Assembly (NCBI GenBank): GCA_035193785.1
Contig: CP136572.1
Coordinates: 416,001-480,000 of the forward strand
Length of the DNA: 64,000 nucleotides
From: Planktothrix sp. GU0601_MAG3
GTDB lineage: Bacteria; Cyanobacteriota; Cyanobacteriia; Cyanobacteriales; Microcoleaceae
Direction of reading: 5' to 3'
In this document: positions 35,056-47,827 of the stretch, in pieces
Layout of the letters: the number at the start of each line of letters is the position of its first letter
Position numbering within the stretch: the first letter of the stretch is position 1
Position numbers and translations under genes: made by a program
The notes under the pieces: model-generated
The model's database searches: none
The model's input: the letters and a program-made list of their open reading frames with translations, nothing else
What the model was told of the DNA's origin: nothing

Positions 35056-38000
35056 ATGATAAATTCTAGCCGATTTCGCTTAATTCGCAAGCGGTTTGTC
35101 TTCGTTTTTCTATTTATATTAACCTTGGTGGGATGCCGAATTATCAGTAATGCCCCCGTTAGCGAAGTCATCCCGATGATTGCTGACTTACCCAAACCGC
35201 AACTTCCAGAATGGATTGAAACAATTAATCCCCTGGGTGAGAGTCCAGAATTAAGTCAAATTCATGTTATTTTTAAACAGCCTTTAATTCCCCTAGAAAG
35301 TTTAGATAGTTCAGGACAAAAACAACTCCTGAATAACTTTGAAATCATCCCAAAAATACCCGGTGAGTTTAGATTTTTAACCCCTAGAATGGTAGGATTT
35401 CAAGCCGATAAAGCCCTACCCTTAGCCACTCGTTTACAAGTTACTATAAAAAAAGGATTAGCTGATTTAAACAAAAATCAATTAGACCAGGATATCGCCT
35501 GGACATTTGCCACCGAACCAATTAAATTATCTAATTTACCCGGAAGTAAAGAAGAACCTGGTTCTCCAGAAAATCCCATAGGATTAAATCCCGAACTCAA
35601 ATTTAATTCCAACGTAGAATTAGATTTAACCTCCTTAAAAGAACACTTACAACTAATTTCTCAAGCAACTAATCAAGTAGTTCCTGTAGAGGTTAAAATC
35701 GCCCAACCAGAAGACAATCAAACCCCGATTAACCCTCGAACTCAATTCAATCGAGCTAATCAAACCCAGGAATATATTGTTACTCCCAAACAACCATTAA
35801 AAACCGCTACTAAATATCAATTTAAAATCACACCCGGGTTACGTCCAGTTCAAGGAAATTTAGAAACCCAAGTTGAGATTTCCAGCCCAATTCAAACCTA
35901 TGATACTTTAAAATTTGTTAGTTTAGAACTTCCGGGCAAAGCTTCAGAAGAGGGAACATCGGGAAGATTTGTCACCGGAAACCCGCAACTACAATTTAAC
36001 AATGGAATTATTGCCGAATCAGCCCTAAAAAATATTACCATCAAACCAGCACCCAAACCCGATATTAAAGCCATTCAAGCCTATAATGATTATGAGCGAG
36101 TTACCATCAATCCTTGGGCTTTAGAACCCCAAACTAATTATACGATTACTATTGGTGCAGAAGTTGAAGATAAATTTAACCAAAAATTAGGAAAACCCGT
36201 TACCGTTAGTTATAAAACTGGTGATTTAACCCCGGATATTTCCGTACCTTCGGGATTAAATATTTTTCCCTCCCAACAAAATTTAGAACTAAATATTTCC
36301 ACCTTAAATTTACCCGAATCTAAATATCAGGCTACTTATCAAGTTGTACAACCCACGGATTTAGTTTATACTGATACGGCTTATCCGAGAGACGATGGTA
36401 GAAAAAATCTATTACTTCCCAAGGAAAAATGGACGACTTTTGCTGTTCCTAACCCGAAAAATAACATTCAAGAAACCTCAATCAATTTAAGAGAAAAATT
36501 AGGAGGAAATACGGGAATGTTAGCCTACGGAGTGACGGCTAAAACCACCCGTTATCAACAGGAAGGCGAACAAAAATGGAGTGAGCCTCAATTTAATGGT
36601 TTAGTACAATTAACTAATTTAGGAGTATTTGCCCAATGGTTTCCCGAGTCAGGAATGGTGCGGGTCAATCACTTAGATAATGGCTCCGTTGTTGAAGGAG
36701 CAACCGTTGAAATTTATGCCTCTCAACTCGATGCCAAATCCTATCCTAAACCTCAAATTTGTGCCACCGGAATTACCGATAATCAAGGCATATTATGGTT
36801 AAATTCTCAGCAATTAAAACAATGTATGCAGGGGGAAAGATTTGCCAAAGCACCGGAATTATTAGTCATTGCTAAAGAAGGTAAAGATTGGGCATTTACC
36901 CGCACATTATCCTATAGTGGAGCCTATGGATATGGAATTGATGCCAATTGGGAAGACCAAAAAACCCTATCCCGGGGAGTAATTTTTTCAGACCGTCAAC
37001 TGTATCAACCAGGTGAAAAAGTTGCCTTAACAGGTGTCACCTATTCCCTAGAAAATGGGACGTTAAAACCGAATAAAAATCAAAGTTACACGGTGACATT
37101 AGAAAATCCTAAAAAACAAAAGCGAGAATTAGGAGATTATCAAAGCAATGAATTTGCTACATTTTCTGTAGAATTTTCTTTAGAAGCAAACCAACCTTTA
37201 GGAAATTATATTATTCGGGCAAAAGACAAAAATGGAGTAGAGTTTTTAGGTAATTTCCGCGTTGCTGAATTTAAACCACCTAATTTTAAAGTATCCCTAA
37301 ATTTAGATCAAAAATTTGCCCAAATTGGAGATAAAATTACGGCAAATGCTCAGAGTGAATATCTATTTGGTTCTCCCGTCGCCGACGGTATACTGCTAAA
37401 TATTATGTAACTCGGAGTGCGACGGATTTTATTCCGAAAGTATGGGAAAATTATTCCTTTGGTCGTCAATGGTTTTGGCCGGAAGAAAAACCCAATGTTT
37501 CTGATAGTGTGTTACAGGAAAATCAACAGTTAGATGCTCAAGGTCAGGGGAGCAAAACCATCACCGTAGCTAAGGATTTACCCTACCCTATGACCTATCG
37601 AGTTGATGTAGAAGTGAGCGATATTTCTAATTTATCCGTTGCTGATTCTCAGTCTTTTACCGCCCTTCCCAGTGACCGTTTTATTGGGTTAAAAACTCCA
37701 TTTATTGCCGAAGCGGGTAAGGCATTTCCTATTGAGATGATTGTCACCGATATTCAAGGAAAACCCCTAGAAAATATTGGGGTAAATTTGCAACTGCAAA
37801 AAATGGATTATAGCCAAGTAACGCGAGTTATTGAAGGAGCACGAACCCCTAAAAATCAAATTCAATATCAAACTGTTGCTCAAGTTGATGTTAAGTCGGG
37901 TCAGAAGGAACAAACCATTGATTTAACTGCTCCAGAGTCCGGTTCGTATCGAATTCGAGCTAATTTTAGTGATGGAAATAGTGAAATTACAGCCACGGAT

Positions 38001-40794
38001 TTACAAATTTGGGTCACGGGGAATGAATTAGTCTATTGGGGGGGAGAGGAAAACCAATTAACAATTAAACTGAATAAAACCACCTATAAACCAGGGGAAA
38101 CTGCAACCGCTTTAATTCAATCTCCCTATCCCGAAGGAGAATTATATTTTGCCGTGGTACGGGATAAACCTCTTTATGAAAAGTTAATTAAAGTTCAAGG
38201 AGGTGCGCCAGAAATTCAGTTTCAAGTCACCCCAGAAATGTTACCAAATGCGGCAGTTGAAGCGGTATTAGTGCGACAAGGAAAGCCGATTTCCGAACTC
38301 GAACCAGGGAGTTTAGAAAACCTAGCTAAAATTGGATTCACGCCTTTTAAAATTAACTTAGAAGATCAATATTTGCAAGTGCAAGTTAATCCCCAAAAAG
38401 CAGAGCTAGAACCAGGTTCTGAACAGACCTTAAACCTAACTTTAACTGATAGTAAAAATCAACCTATTCGCGGACAATTAACCGTGATGGTGGTCAATGA
38501 TTCAGTTTTACAACTCAATGGTTATCGACCTCCAAATTTAGTAGAAACGGTCTATGCAGAACAACCAATTTCCACAAGATTTAGTGATAATCGTCCGGCG
38601 GTTATTTTAAATCAATTAGCCTCTGCTTTAGAAAAAGGTTGGGGTTATGGAGGCGGTTTATCTACTGCTACAGCTAATACTAGAATTCGCAAAGATTTTC
38701 AGGCTTTAGCATTTTATAATGGTTCAATTATTACCGACAATCAAGGAAAAGCCAAGGTTAATTTCAAACTTCCTGATGATTTAACTACCTGGCGAGTGAT
38801 GGTAGTAGCAACGGATGGAAACCAAAAATTTGGTTCTTCTGAAACTACATTTATGACCACCCAAGCATTAATATCTAATCCGATTTTACCCCAATTTGCC
38901 CGTCCTGGCGATCGCATTTTAGCCGGATTATCAATTACCAATTTAACCGAAGAAAAGGGCAAATTAAATATTACGGGAACTGTTAACGGTGGGATTCAAT
39001 TTTCCCCTGGAAATGCCAATCAACAAACCTTAAAAACCAATGCAGAAGCCGGAACAAATGCCTATCGCTTTCCTATTTTAGTTAAACAAGCGGGGGAGGC
39101 TAAAGTTCAATTTACAACGGAATTTAACGGTAAATCCGATGGGTTTGAAGTCCCTTTAACGGTTAAAACTTTTGACGTAAATGAACAGGTAATTGAGTCA
39201 GGGCGGACAACAAACTCCGTCACAATTCCCCTGAATATTAGTAAAAAAGTTGTTCCCGATTTCGGAGGATTAGATATTAATTTAGCGAGTACCCTAATTC
39301 CCCAACTAACTGCTTCTGCTCAACAGGTATTTAATCGAGAGAAATGGCCGTTTCTTGAACCTGCGGTCAGTGAATTAATTATCGCTGCTAATATGCAGAT
39401 TTTGGGTAAAAAATACGGTCAAAATTTCAACAGTTTGCAGTTACCCGAACGGGCTAAAACCGCTTTAACAGATATTAAAACACTGCAACAGGAAGATGGT
39501 GGAATTACAGCCTATCCCGGTTCAAGAGTCTCTAGTCCTTTCCTTTCCGCCTATACAGGAGAAGCCTTAGCTCAAGCTCAAAACGCCGGGTTTTCGGTTG
39601 ATTCTGAGTTGATTAATTCTCTAAAAACCTATTTAACTCAAGGCGTAAATGACCCCCTAAAATATGATTTTTGTAGCGATGAAATTTGCAAAAATCAAAT
39701 CCGTTTAAATGCCTTAATTGCTTTAGACGCCCTGGGAGAAAAACGCAGTGATTTCTTAGATGATATCTTGCAAAATTTTGATCAATTTGATCAAGTTACC
39801 CAGATTAAATTTGTACAATATTTATCTCAATTTCCCCAATGGAAAGACGAATATAATCGTCTATTTGAACAAGTGCAAAAACAGATTTATGTCACGGGAA
39901 GAAACTGCAACCCTACCTCAAGGTTATAGTTGGTTAAATTCTGCCACAACTATTCAATCCCAAGGGTTGCGTTTATTGTTAACTAAAAATCCCCAATCTG
40001 CCACCGTTGATAAGCTGGTAGAAAGTTTATTAAATCTGCGTCGAGATGGAACTTGGGGAGGTAGTTATGATAACGCCCAGGCGTTAACAGCTTTAACTGC
40101 ATATAGTCAAACTGAGGCGACACCACCTAACTTTAATGTAGCGATTACTTTAGCAAATCAACTGTTAGGAGAAACTCAATTTAAAGGGTATAAAGATTCT
40201 AGTTTTAGTTTGAATATACCCATGTCGGAATTACCCAAAGGCAAAAATGATTTAATTTTAGAACCGTCCAATCAAGGTAAATTAAATTATTGGGTCGCCT
40301 ATCGTTATCGTTTAGAAGGGAATCAACCCGGACGTTTAAATGGGTTAAGAATTACCCGCACAATTCGCCCTGCTAATGAGGATAAAATCCTAAAAACAAT
40401 TGACTTAAATTCCCCCAAAGATCTGCTCAAGGTATCACCCGGACAAGTGTTTGATATCGGTTTAGATATTATTACCGATCATCCCGTTAATCAGGTGATG
40501 ATTACCGATCCACTTCCCGCCGGATTTGAAGCCATTGATGCTAGTTTTAAAACCAGTAATTTGGCAGTACAAGCCCAAGAAAGTAGTTGGCAAATTGACT
40601 ATCAAACGGTTCATAATGACCGAATTACAGCCTATAGCGATGGCTTAGAACCGGGGATTTATCAACTACATTATTTAGTTCGTTCTGTTACTCCTGGGGA
40701 ATATTTATGGCCGGGTGCAGAAGCGAAATTACAACATACTCCCGAAGAATTTGGTCGCAGTGCATCGACAACTTTATTGGTTTCTAAACCTTAG
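35056..40794 (+). CDS. Bacterial alpha-2-macroglobulin lipoprotein (apparent frameshifts near 37390 and at 39901)
   Basis: Lipobox LVGC; SDRQLYQPGE, RVAEFKPP, LPDDLTTWRV, DPLPAGFE, RSVTPGEY. Confidence 0.92.
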
Positions 40795-40798
40795 TTGA

Positions 40799-40911
40799 GA
40801 TCCCCCTAAATCCCCCTTAATAAGGGGGACTAAGATCGCCATAAATCCTCGTTAATAAGGGGGACTTTGAAATCCGGTTCCCCCATTTTTAAGGGGGGTT
40901 AGGGGGGATCA
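40799..40911. repeat. GATCCCCCTAAATCCCCCTT...AGGGGGGTTAGGGGGGATC palindromic dispersed repeat
   Basis: Nested inverted repeats; partial copy at 45670-45706. Confidence 0.75.
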
Positions 40912-40993
40912 TCTGACAAAAAAATATTTTAATAAAGCAGAAAAAATGGTAAAATAAAAATAATTTCAAACCACAGGATAAGGAAGCAAATCA

Positions 40994-41657
40994 ATGTCTG
41001 TGATCGCAGTAATTGACTATGATATGGGGAATTTGCACTCCGTTTGCAAAGGCTTAGAAAAAGCCGGGGTAAAACCTCAAGTTACTGACTCAGCTACAAT
41101 TATTAAAAATGCTGATGCGGTTGTATTACCTGGGGTGGGCTCCTTTGACCCCGCCATGCAACATTTGCGATCGCGGAATTTAATTGAACCAATTCAAGAT
41201 ATAATTGCTTCCGGTATTCCCTTTTTAGGGATTTGTTTAGGGCTACAAATTCTGTTTGAATCTTCAGAAGAAGGTCAAGAAAAGGGGTTAGGAATATTCC
41301 CGGGAAACTGTGCGCCGTTTTCAGTCCGAACCTGGGTTAACTATACCCCATATTGGTTGGAATCAACTATCTTTAACTCAACCTGATTTACCCCTGTGGA
41401 AAACCATTGGTTCCCAACCTTGGGTTTATTTTGTCCATTCCTATTATGTTGATCCAACTGATAGCAATTTAACCGCCGCTACAATTCAACATGGGAGTCA
41501 AATTATTACGGCTGCGATCGCCAAAGATAACGTGATGGCGGTACAATTTCACCCAGAAAAATCCTCCAACGCCGGACTTAAAATTCTCGATAATTTTGTC
41601 GAATTAGTTCAAGGTAAACCTCAAAACTTTGAGATGAGAAACCGGGTTTCTGTATAA
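40994..41657 (+). CDS. hisH: Imidazole glycerol phosphate synthase glutaminase subunit (apparent frameshift at 41304)
   Basis: GICLGLQ, PHIGWN, YFVHSY, QFHPEKS. Confidence 0.96.
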
Positions 41658-41725
41658 ATCTTGGGGATAAAATCAAAATTTCGGCTTGAGAAACCCAGTT
41701 TCTGATTCATTGGAGGAATAATTTT

Positions 41726-42268
41726 TTGAGTTTAAGAATATATGGAAACCGCCTATTAAAAACCCTACCCGGACAAGAAACTAGACCCACATTAGCCAGG
41801 GTAAGGGAAGCAGTTTTTAATATTTGGCAAGGTAAAATAAAAGGCTGTTGCTGGTTGGATTTATGCACAGGTAGTGGTTCAATGGGAGCCGAAGCATTAT
41901 GTCGGGGGGCGGCGGTTGTAATCGGGATTGAACAACATGGGAAAGCCTGTAAAGTAATCCAAGAAAATTGGCAAACCATGGCGGATTCTTCCCAAACAAT
42001 TCAAGTAATTAGAGGAGATATTTTAGGAAAGTTAAAGATATTATCGGGAAAAAAATTTGATTGTATTTATTTTGATCCGCCCTATAATAGCAATCTTTAT
42101 CAACCCGTATTAGAAGCAATATCCCAATATCAACTCCTATCTGATAACGGAGAAATTGCCGTAGAACATCATCCCCATCGTTGGCAAATCCAACCAATTA
42201 TAAACTTAGAAATTTGTCGAGAAAAAACCTACGGCAATTGTGCTTTAACGTTTTATTGTTTAAAATAA
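41726..42268 (+). CDS. rsmD: 16S rRNA m2G966 methyltransferase
   Basis: TRPT..RVREAVFN, DLCTGSG, DPPY. Confidence 0.92.
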   Translation: MSLRIYGNRLLKTLPGQETRPTLARVREAVFNIWQGKIKGCCWLDLCTGSGSMGAEALCRGAAVVIGIEQHGKACKVIQENWQTMADSSQTIQVIRGDILGKLKILSGKKFDCIYFDPPYNSNLYQPVLEAISQYQLLSDNGEIAVEHHPHRWQIQPIINLEICREKTYGNCALTFYCLK

Positions 42269-42271
42269 TAA

Positions 42272-42441
42272 ACACGGATTTAAGAAGATTACGCAGATTA
42301 ACACAGATTAAAATCCGTGAAATCCGTGAAATCCTCTTAAATCCGTGATCCCCATTACCACCCACGGATTGAAGACGATTACGCAGATTAACACAGATTA
42401 AAATCCGTGAAATCCGTGAAATCCTCTTAAATCCGTGATCC
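42272..42441. repeat. Two tandem ~90-bp copies of the 9-nt-periodic dispersed repeat
   Basis: Direct duplication visible in sequence. Confidence 0.85.
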
Positions 42442-42458
42442 CTATTATTGGAGTTTTT

Positions 42459-43419
42459 ATGTCCTACGAAAAAGAAAAACAAATTGCCATTGCAGCCACA
42501 TTAAGCGCCTGGAAACTGTGTGAAAGAGTGCGGGAAAATATTCCCCAAGCGATGGAAAAAATTGATAAAAGTCCGGTCACAGTTGCCGATTATGGCTCCC
42601 AAGCAATTATTTGTAAAGCCTTAGCAGAAGCATTCCCCCATGATCCCGTTGTCGGGGAAGAAGATGCAACGGAATTACAAACCCCAGAAATGGCGGAAAA
42701 CCTAGCCAAAATTACCCAATACGTCCAAGAAATTATTCCCGATGCTACTTCAGAAACAAATTATAAATTGGATTAATCAAGGGAATGGCAAGGTTGAAAA
42801 AAGGTTTTGGACATTAGACCCAATTGATGGCACAAAAGGCTTTTTAAGACGGGATCAATATGCGATCGCCTTGGCTTTAATTGAAGATGGAGAGGTGAAA
42901 GTTGGGGTGATGGGATGCCCAGCTTATCCAGTGGAAAATCATCAACCTGGGGCCTTATTTGTGGCGGTTAGGGGACAGGGATCAACGATGTTAATTCCGG
43001 CAACTGGGGAAGAAATTTCGATTCAAGTTGTAGCTGAAAATGATATGGAAAATCTGCGATTTGTAGGCAGTATTGAAGCCAGTCATGGTGATATTGAACG
43101 CCAGGATGCTGTGGCTAAAGCAGTGGGAATTATTGCCCCAGCAGTTAAGATGGATTCCCAGGCAAAATATGGGGCGGTGGCGTCTGGAAAAGCGGCCTTA
43201 TATTTGCGACTTCCCTCTCCTAAAACCCCTAATTATCGGGAGAATATTTGGGATCATGCGGCGGGGGCAATTGTAGTAGAAGAAGCGGGGGGACGGGTGA
43301 GCGATATGTTGGGTAAACCTTTGGATTTTGCCTCTAATCCTAAGATGTTAGATAACCGGGGAATTATTGTTAGTAATGGAATTATTCATAATACGGTTTT
43401 AGCGGTATTGAATCAATAA
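42459..43419 (+). CDS. 3'(2'),5'-bisphosphate nucleotidase, HAL2-type (apparent frameshift at 42753)
   Basis: SPVTVADY, GEED, DPIDGTKGF, DSQAKY, WDHAAG. Confidence 0.92.
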
Positions 43420-43555
43420 ATTAGTCGATCTTCTGAGGCGATTACTTTTGCGATTCCAAGTTTGAATCATCTGTGTAAAGGTTTTACGGGTTTGATGCAG
43501 GGGTGAAATATTGTTTGGGCTAACGGTTTTTCCCTGCCTCGCAAACCCCCCCCTA

Positions 43556-43681
43556 GTCGCTTCTATTCTTGGAAGCGAAATTAATGGAAACCGTGATTTT
43601 TGCACACAATAAAAAAAACAACTTATACCCTTGACATTGAGTGTGGTTACTTCTATTCTTGGAAGTGGAATTAATGTAAAC
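43556..43681 (+). CRISPR. Orphan CRISPR-like mini-array: two 36-nt repeats and one 54-nt spacer, no cas genes in window
   Basis: GTCGCTTCTATTCTTGGAAGCGAAATTAATGGAAAC (43556-43591) and GTTACTTCTATTCTTGGAAGTGGAATTAATGTAAAC (43646-43681); 5' hairpin and 3' GAAAC-type end. Confidence 0.7.
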
Positions 43682-43704
43682 TCAGGGTGAATTCTAACAA
43701 ACAA

Positions 43705-44148
43705 ATGAGTACATACCACAAAATACAGATCGCACTGGGGACAATTCTTCTGTGGTCATCTGCATCAGTCAGCAGCTTTGCTGTTACCAACACCATCACC
43801 GCCGAAAAGTTTCAGTCAGATGCGGTGAAACTTCCTGTTCAAAGTATTCCGGTTAGACCGTTAAATTCAACACTAGCTCCTAATTTAATTGCTGGCCAGA
43901 TGAGGGATATGTTCCGTCAAATACCTCCAGTATCTAACCTGTTCGCAAAATTTGACGAGATATGGAAGAATCCAGCAGACAGGAAGAAAAATTTATTTGA
44001 TCACTGCAACACTCAAAAAAACTTCTCAGTTGATCAATGTTTTAGTTTGCTAAGGATATGGGCAGAAGATCAAATGGAGACTCAAGAATTTCAAAACATT
44101 GATGAACTGGAAAATATAAGTGATGAGGTAGTTAAAATGCGGCAATAG
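43705..44148 (+). CDS. Secreted hypothetical protein
   Basis: Signal-peptide-like N-terminus; two Cys in the C-terminal domain. Confidence 0.65.
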   Translation: MSTYHKIQIALGTILLWSSASVSSFAVTNTITAEKFQSDAVKLPVQSIPVRPLNSTLAPNLIAGQMRDMFRQIPPVSNLFAKFDEIWKNPADRKKNLFDHCNTQKNFSVDQCFSLLRIWAEDQMETQEFQNIDELENISDEVVKMRQ

Positions 44149-44164
44149 TAACATTCATTTTTTT

Positions 44165-44208
44165 AAACCTCTGTAGATACTTCCTATGGCACGTCTCTAC
44201 AGAGGTTT
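44165..44208. terminator. REP-type palindrome between convergent genes
   Basis: AAACCTCTGTAGA...TCTACAGAGGTTT. Confidence 0.65.
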
Positions 44209-44255
44209 AACCTTTGATATAATAGTCTCCCTGTCAGACTAAATCAGATAACTTT

Positions 44256-44669
44256 TTAACGGAATTTACGTTCGGATTCCTGAATTGGTAAATCGTTAAT
44301 ACTGGCTTCCCGTCGCTGCATTAACCCATTAGGAGCAAATTCCCATTGTTCATTCCCATAGGCGCGATACCATTTACCCGAATCCGTGCGATATTCGTAC
44401 TCAAATTTAACAGAAATTCGGTTATCGGTGAAACTCCATAACTCTTTTTTCAAACGATAATCTAGTTCCGTATTCCACTTACGAGTCAAAAATTCCCGAA
44501 TTTTATCCCGTCCGGTAAAGAATTCCGCCCGATTTCGCCAAACAGAATCCTCCGTATAAGCTAATGCAACTCGTTCGGGATCACAGGTATTCCAAGCATC
44601 CTCAGCGGCTTGAACTTTGGCTTTAGCGGTTTCTAGGGTAAAGGGTGGTAAGGGGGGTCTGGTTTCCAT
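44256..44669 (-). CDS. DUF1348 / SnoaL-like (NTF2-fold) protein
   Basis: [29 protein letters not shown]. Confidence 0.9.
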   Translation of the reverse strand: METRPPLPPFTLETAKAKVQAAEDAWNTCDPERVALAYTEDSVWRNRAEFFTGRDKIREFLTRKWNTELDYRLKKELWSFTDNRISVKFEYEYRTDSGKWYRAYGNEQWEFAPNGLMQRREASINDLPIQESERKFR

Positions 44670-44824
44670 GAGGGATTCTCCTGAATGATAATTATTAAGT
44701 TTATGGGTTGTTGGGAAGTTTGCCTAATTGCTATTCCCCTATTTCGGTATTTACTGCTATATAATTAATATCAACTCAAAAAAGGGATTGCTCCCCTCAA
44801 CTTTATTAATCTTCAACAGTTATT

Positions 44825-45604
44825 ATGCTTGCAAAACGGATTTTACCTTGTTTAGATGTGAAAGCGGGTCGAGTGGTAAAGGGGGTTAATTTTGTTGATT
44901 TAAAAGATGCTGGTGACCCGGTAGAATTAGCGGCGGCTTATAACGATGCTGGGGCCGATGAATTAGTATTTTTGGATATTACCGCCACCCATGAAGACCG
45001 AGATATTATTTTTGATGTAGTCTATCGCACCGCCGAACAGGTATTTATTCCCTTAACAGTAGGAGGCGGGATTCAAAACCTAGAAATGATTAAAAATTTG
45101 CTCAGAGCCGGAGCAGATAAAGTTAGTATTAATTCCGCCGCCGTGCGTGATCCAGACTTAATTAATCGAGCCAGCGATCGCTTTGGAGTACAATGTATTG
45201 TAGTAGCAATTGATGCCCGGCGACGCACAAATCCCGATGATCCGGGTTGGGATGTTTATGTCCGAGGCGGTCGAGAAAATACCGGAATTGATGCTCTAAA
45301 ATGGGCAAAAGAAGTTACAAAAAGAGGCGCCGGAGAACTTCTAGTTACCAGTATGGATGCCGATGGAACCCAGGCAGGTTATGATTTAGAATTAACCCGA
45401 AAAATTGCCGAATCCGTGGAAATTCCCGTGATTGCATCGGGGGGTGCTGGGACTTGTGATCATATTTATCAAGCCCTAACCCAAGGGAAAGCCGAAGCCG
45501 CTTTATTAGCATCATTATTGCATTATGGTCAATTAAGTGTAGGAGAAATTAAAACCTATTTAGCAGAACATCAAGTTACCGTGAGGAATCCTGATATTTT
45601 GTAG
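44825..45604 (+). CDS. hisF: Imidazole glycerol phosphate synthase cyclase subunit
   Basis: [26 protein letters not shown]. Confidence 0.97.
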   Translation: MLAKRILPCLDVKAGRVVKGVNFVDLKDAGDPVELAAAYNDAGADELVFLDITATHEDRDIIFDVVYRTAEQVFIPLTVGGGIQNLEMIKNLLRAGADKVSINSAAVRDPDLINRASDRFGVQCIVVAIDARRRTNPDDPGWDVYVRGGRENTGIDALKWAKEVTKRGAGELLVTSMDADGTQAGYDLELTRKIAESVEIPVIASGGAGTCDHIYQALTQGKAEAALLASLLHYGQLSVGEIKTYLAEHQVTVRNPDIL

Positions 45605-45777
45605 GGGCAAGGTCATTTTTGTCAAGATCAATTAAAGCCTAAAACCTCCGATTACAGCTAATATCTGATTCCCCTAAATCCCATAAAAAAAGGGGGTTAG
45701 GGGGATAGATTACCCCTTGCATAATTAGCAGATTTAGATTAATCTGGATAAAACAATTCATTAAGTAAATTATTTAG

Positions 45778-46954
45778 ATGTTAGATCAAGCCAACGAGTT
45801 ATTCCAGCAGGGAATTTTACATTATCAAAATGCAGAATATCAAGCCGCTTTAGCATCTTGGCAACAGGCCCTCCACTCCTACCGAAACCTACAGGATCGT
45901 AAACGGGAAGGGGCAGCTTGGGGGAATCTAGGGGCTGTACATGAAGTGCTATTAAGCCCGGAATTAGCCATCAATTGCTATCAACAACATTTAGAGATAG
46001 CCAGGGAAATTCAAGACCCAAAAGGAGAAATGAATGCTTTAGTTAATCTCAGCAATATTTACCATAGTTTAGGAGACTATATTAACTCCCTAGAATACCA
46101 AAACCAACGGTTAGCCCTCGCCCGTCAATTTTTAGATACCCGCACCGAAGAACAGGCATTATCAGTATTAGGAAAAATCTATCTCGCCCAAGAACAATTT
46201 GAAACTGGCAATTGACGCTTATCAAAAACAATTAGCCCTCGCCCAAACTCACCAAAACTATCCCAGTCAAGGCAATGCTTTTAACCATTTAAAATTAATT
46301 TATGCACAGTTAGAACAATGGGAAAAATTTGAATTATATTATCAACAGCATCAAGCTATTTTGCGTCCATTTCTGAGCGAAAATCCCGGCAATATTTTGC
46401 AGCAAGCCGAAAATATAGGCCTAGATCCTTTGTTTGATTTTGCCGGAATGGATTTAAGTCATCTTGATTTTAATTACGCCGATTTACGCGGGGCAAATTT
46501 AGAAAAAACCAACCTTAGCTATGCTATTTTAACCCTGGCAGATTTGAGCGGAGCAATTTTAAAAGAAGCTAATCTCAGCTATGCTATTTTAACAAATGCT
46601 AATTTACGCGATGCCGATTTAACAGGTGCTAACCTCATGGAAGCTGATGTCAGAACAAAAATGCCACGGGCTAATCTGAGTTATGCTAATTTAACCCATG
46701 CTAACTTAATGAGTGCCTATTTACCCTGCGCCAACTTTACCCAAGCCAATCTCAGCCATGCCAATTTGAACTATACTGACCTAACGGGGTCAAAATTCCA
46801 AGATGTGAACTTAACAATGACTAATTTCAGCCAAGCTGAATTCAAAGATGTCAGGGTAGAAAACGTTGATTTTACCGAAGCGGTGGGAATTTCCACTCGA
46901 ATTAAATCCGAGTTAGTCAAACGAGGGGCAATTTTTAAGGAAAATCAAGATTAG
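45778..46954 (+). CDS. TPR + pentapeptide-repeat protein (apparent frameshift at 46201)
   Basis: TPR helices followed by A(D/N)Lxx repeats. Confidence 0.88.
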
Positions 46955-47035
46955 GTTAGTAGAATATCCTGGGTGTTAGTGGTTAACCCTCCATGATGTT
47001 TAATAATATTAATAAACAAAACCATTAAAACTATT

Positions 47036-47827
47036 ATGACTGGTGTAGAAGGACTTTGGCCCCATAATCTCAGCCCAAACCGCTTGGCGGTGTTGGAGCG
47101 GAAACTGGTACTTTGGTTACAAAAACAACCTTTGCCTGCTGATATTCACCAAATGACACTCAATTATAAAACCCATGAAGACCTGCAATTGTTAACCCAA
47201 AAAGCCGCATCTCAAGGGTGTCATTTTTCTGATTTACAAACAACAGTTCAAGCGATTATATCAGCAAAAACCGATAATTTTTTAGAATTAGCAGAAATAG
47301 CAGGTTTAAATCCCCTAGAAGATTTTGCCCAAGCGAAACTATTAGGAGCTAACTTAAGTGGATTGGATTTAAGTGGGGCAAAACTGACAAATGCCTATTT
47401 GCGAGGGGCGGATTTAAGCGATATTAACTTAACGAATGCTGATTTAAAAAACGTGAATTTAGGAGGGGCAGATTTAAGTGGAGCCTTATTAAGTGATACG
47501 GATTTAACTGGCGCTGATTTGCACCGGGTTAGTTTAGCCTTAGCGAATTTAAGTGGAGCTAATTTAAGCAATGTTAATTTGGAAGATGCTAATTTAAGTA
47601 ATTGTAATTTAAGCGATGCCAATTTAACGGGAGCTTGTTTAAAAAACGCTAATTTGCATCAAGCTGGATTAGCATTAACCAATTTAGCCGGAGTAGATTT
47701 TACCGGAGCTAATGTTAAAGAAGCTCGACTCTGGCATGATGCGGGAATTTCCGAAACCGTGAAGGCAGACTTAATCAAAAGAGGAGCAATTTTTGATGAA
47801 AAGATAGAAAACATCAAACGAGATTAG
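47036..47827 (+). CDS. Pentapeptide-repeat protein
   Basis: ADL/ANL repeats; shares GL.PL.DFA and L.KRGAIF with the upstream paralog. Confidence 0.9.
   Translation: MTGVEGLWPHNLSPNRLAVLERKLVLWLQKQPLPADIHQMTLNYKTHEDLQLLTQKAASQGCHFSDLQTTVQAIISAKTDNFLELAEIAGLNPLEDFAQAKLLGANLSGLDLSGAKLTNAYLRGADLSDINLTNADLKNVNLGGADLSGALLSDTDLTGADLHRVSLALANLSGANLSNVNLEDANLSNCNLSDANLTGACLKNANLHQAGLALTNLAGVDFTGANVKEARLWHDAGISETVKADLIKRGAIFDEKIENIKRD

Noticed and set aside
43622..43645. Mini-array spacer targeting the tyrS upstream region (about 51090-51110)
   Set aside because: Similarity is limited to a short TTGACATTG core with mismatched flanks; compatible with chance
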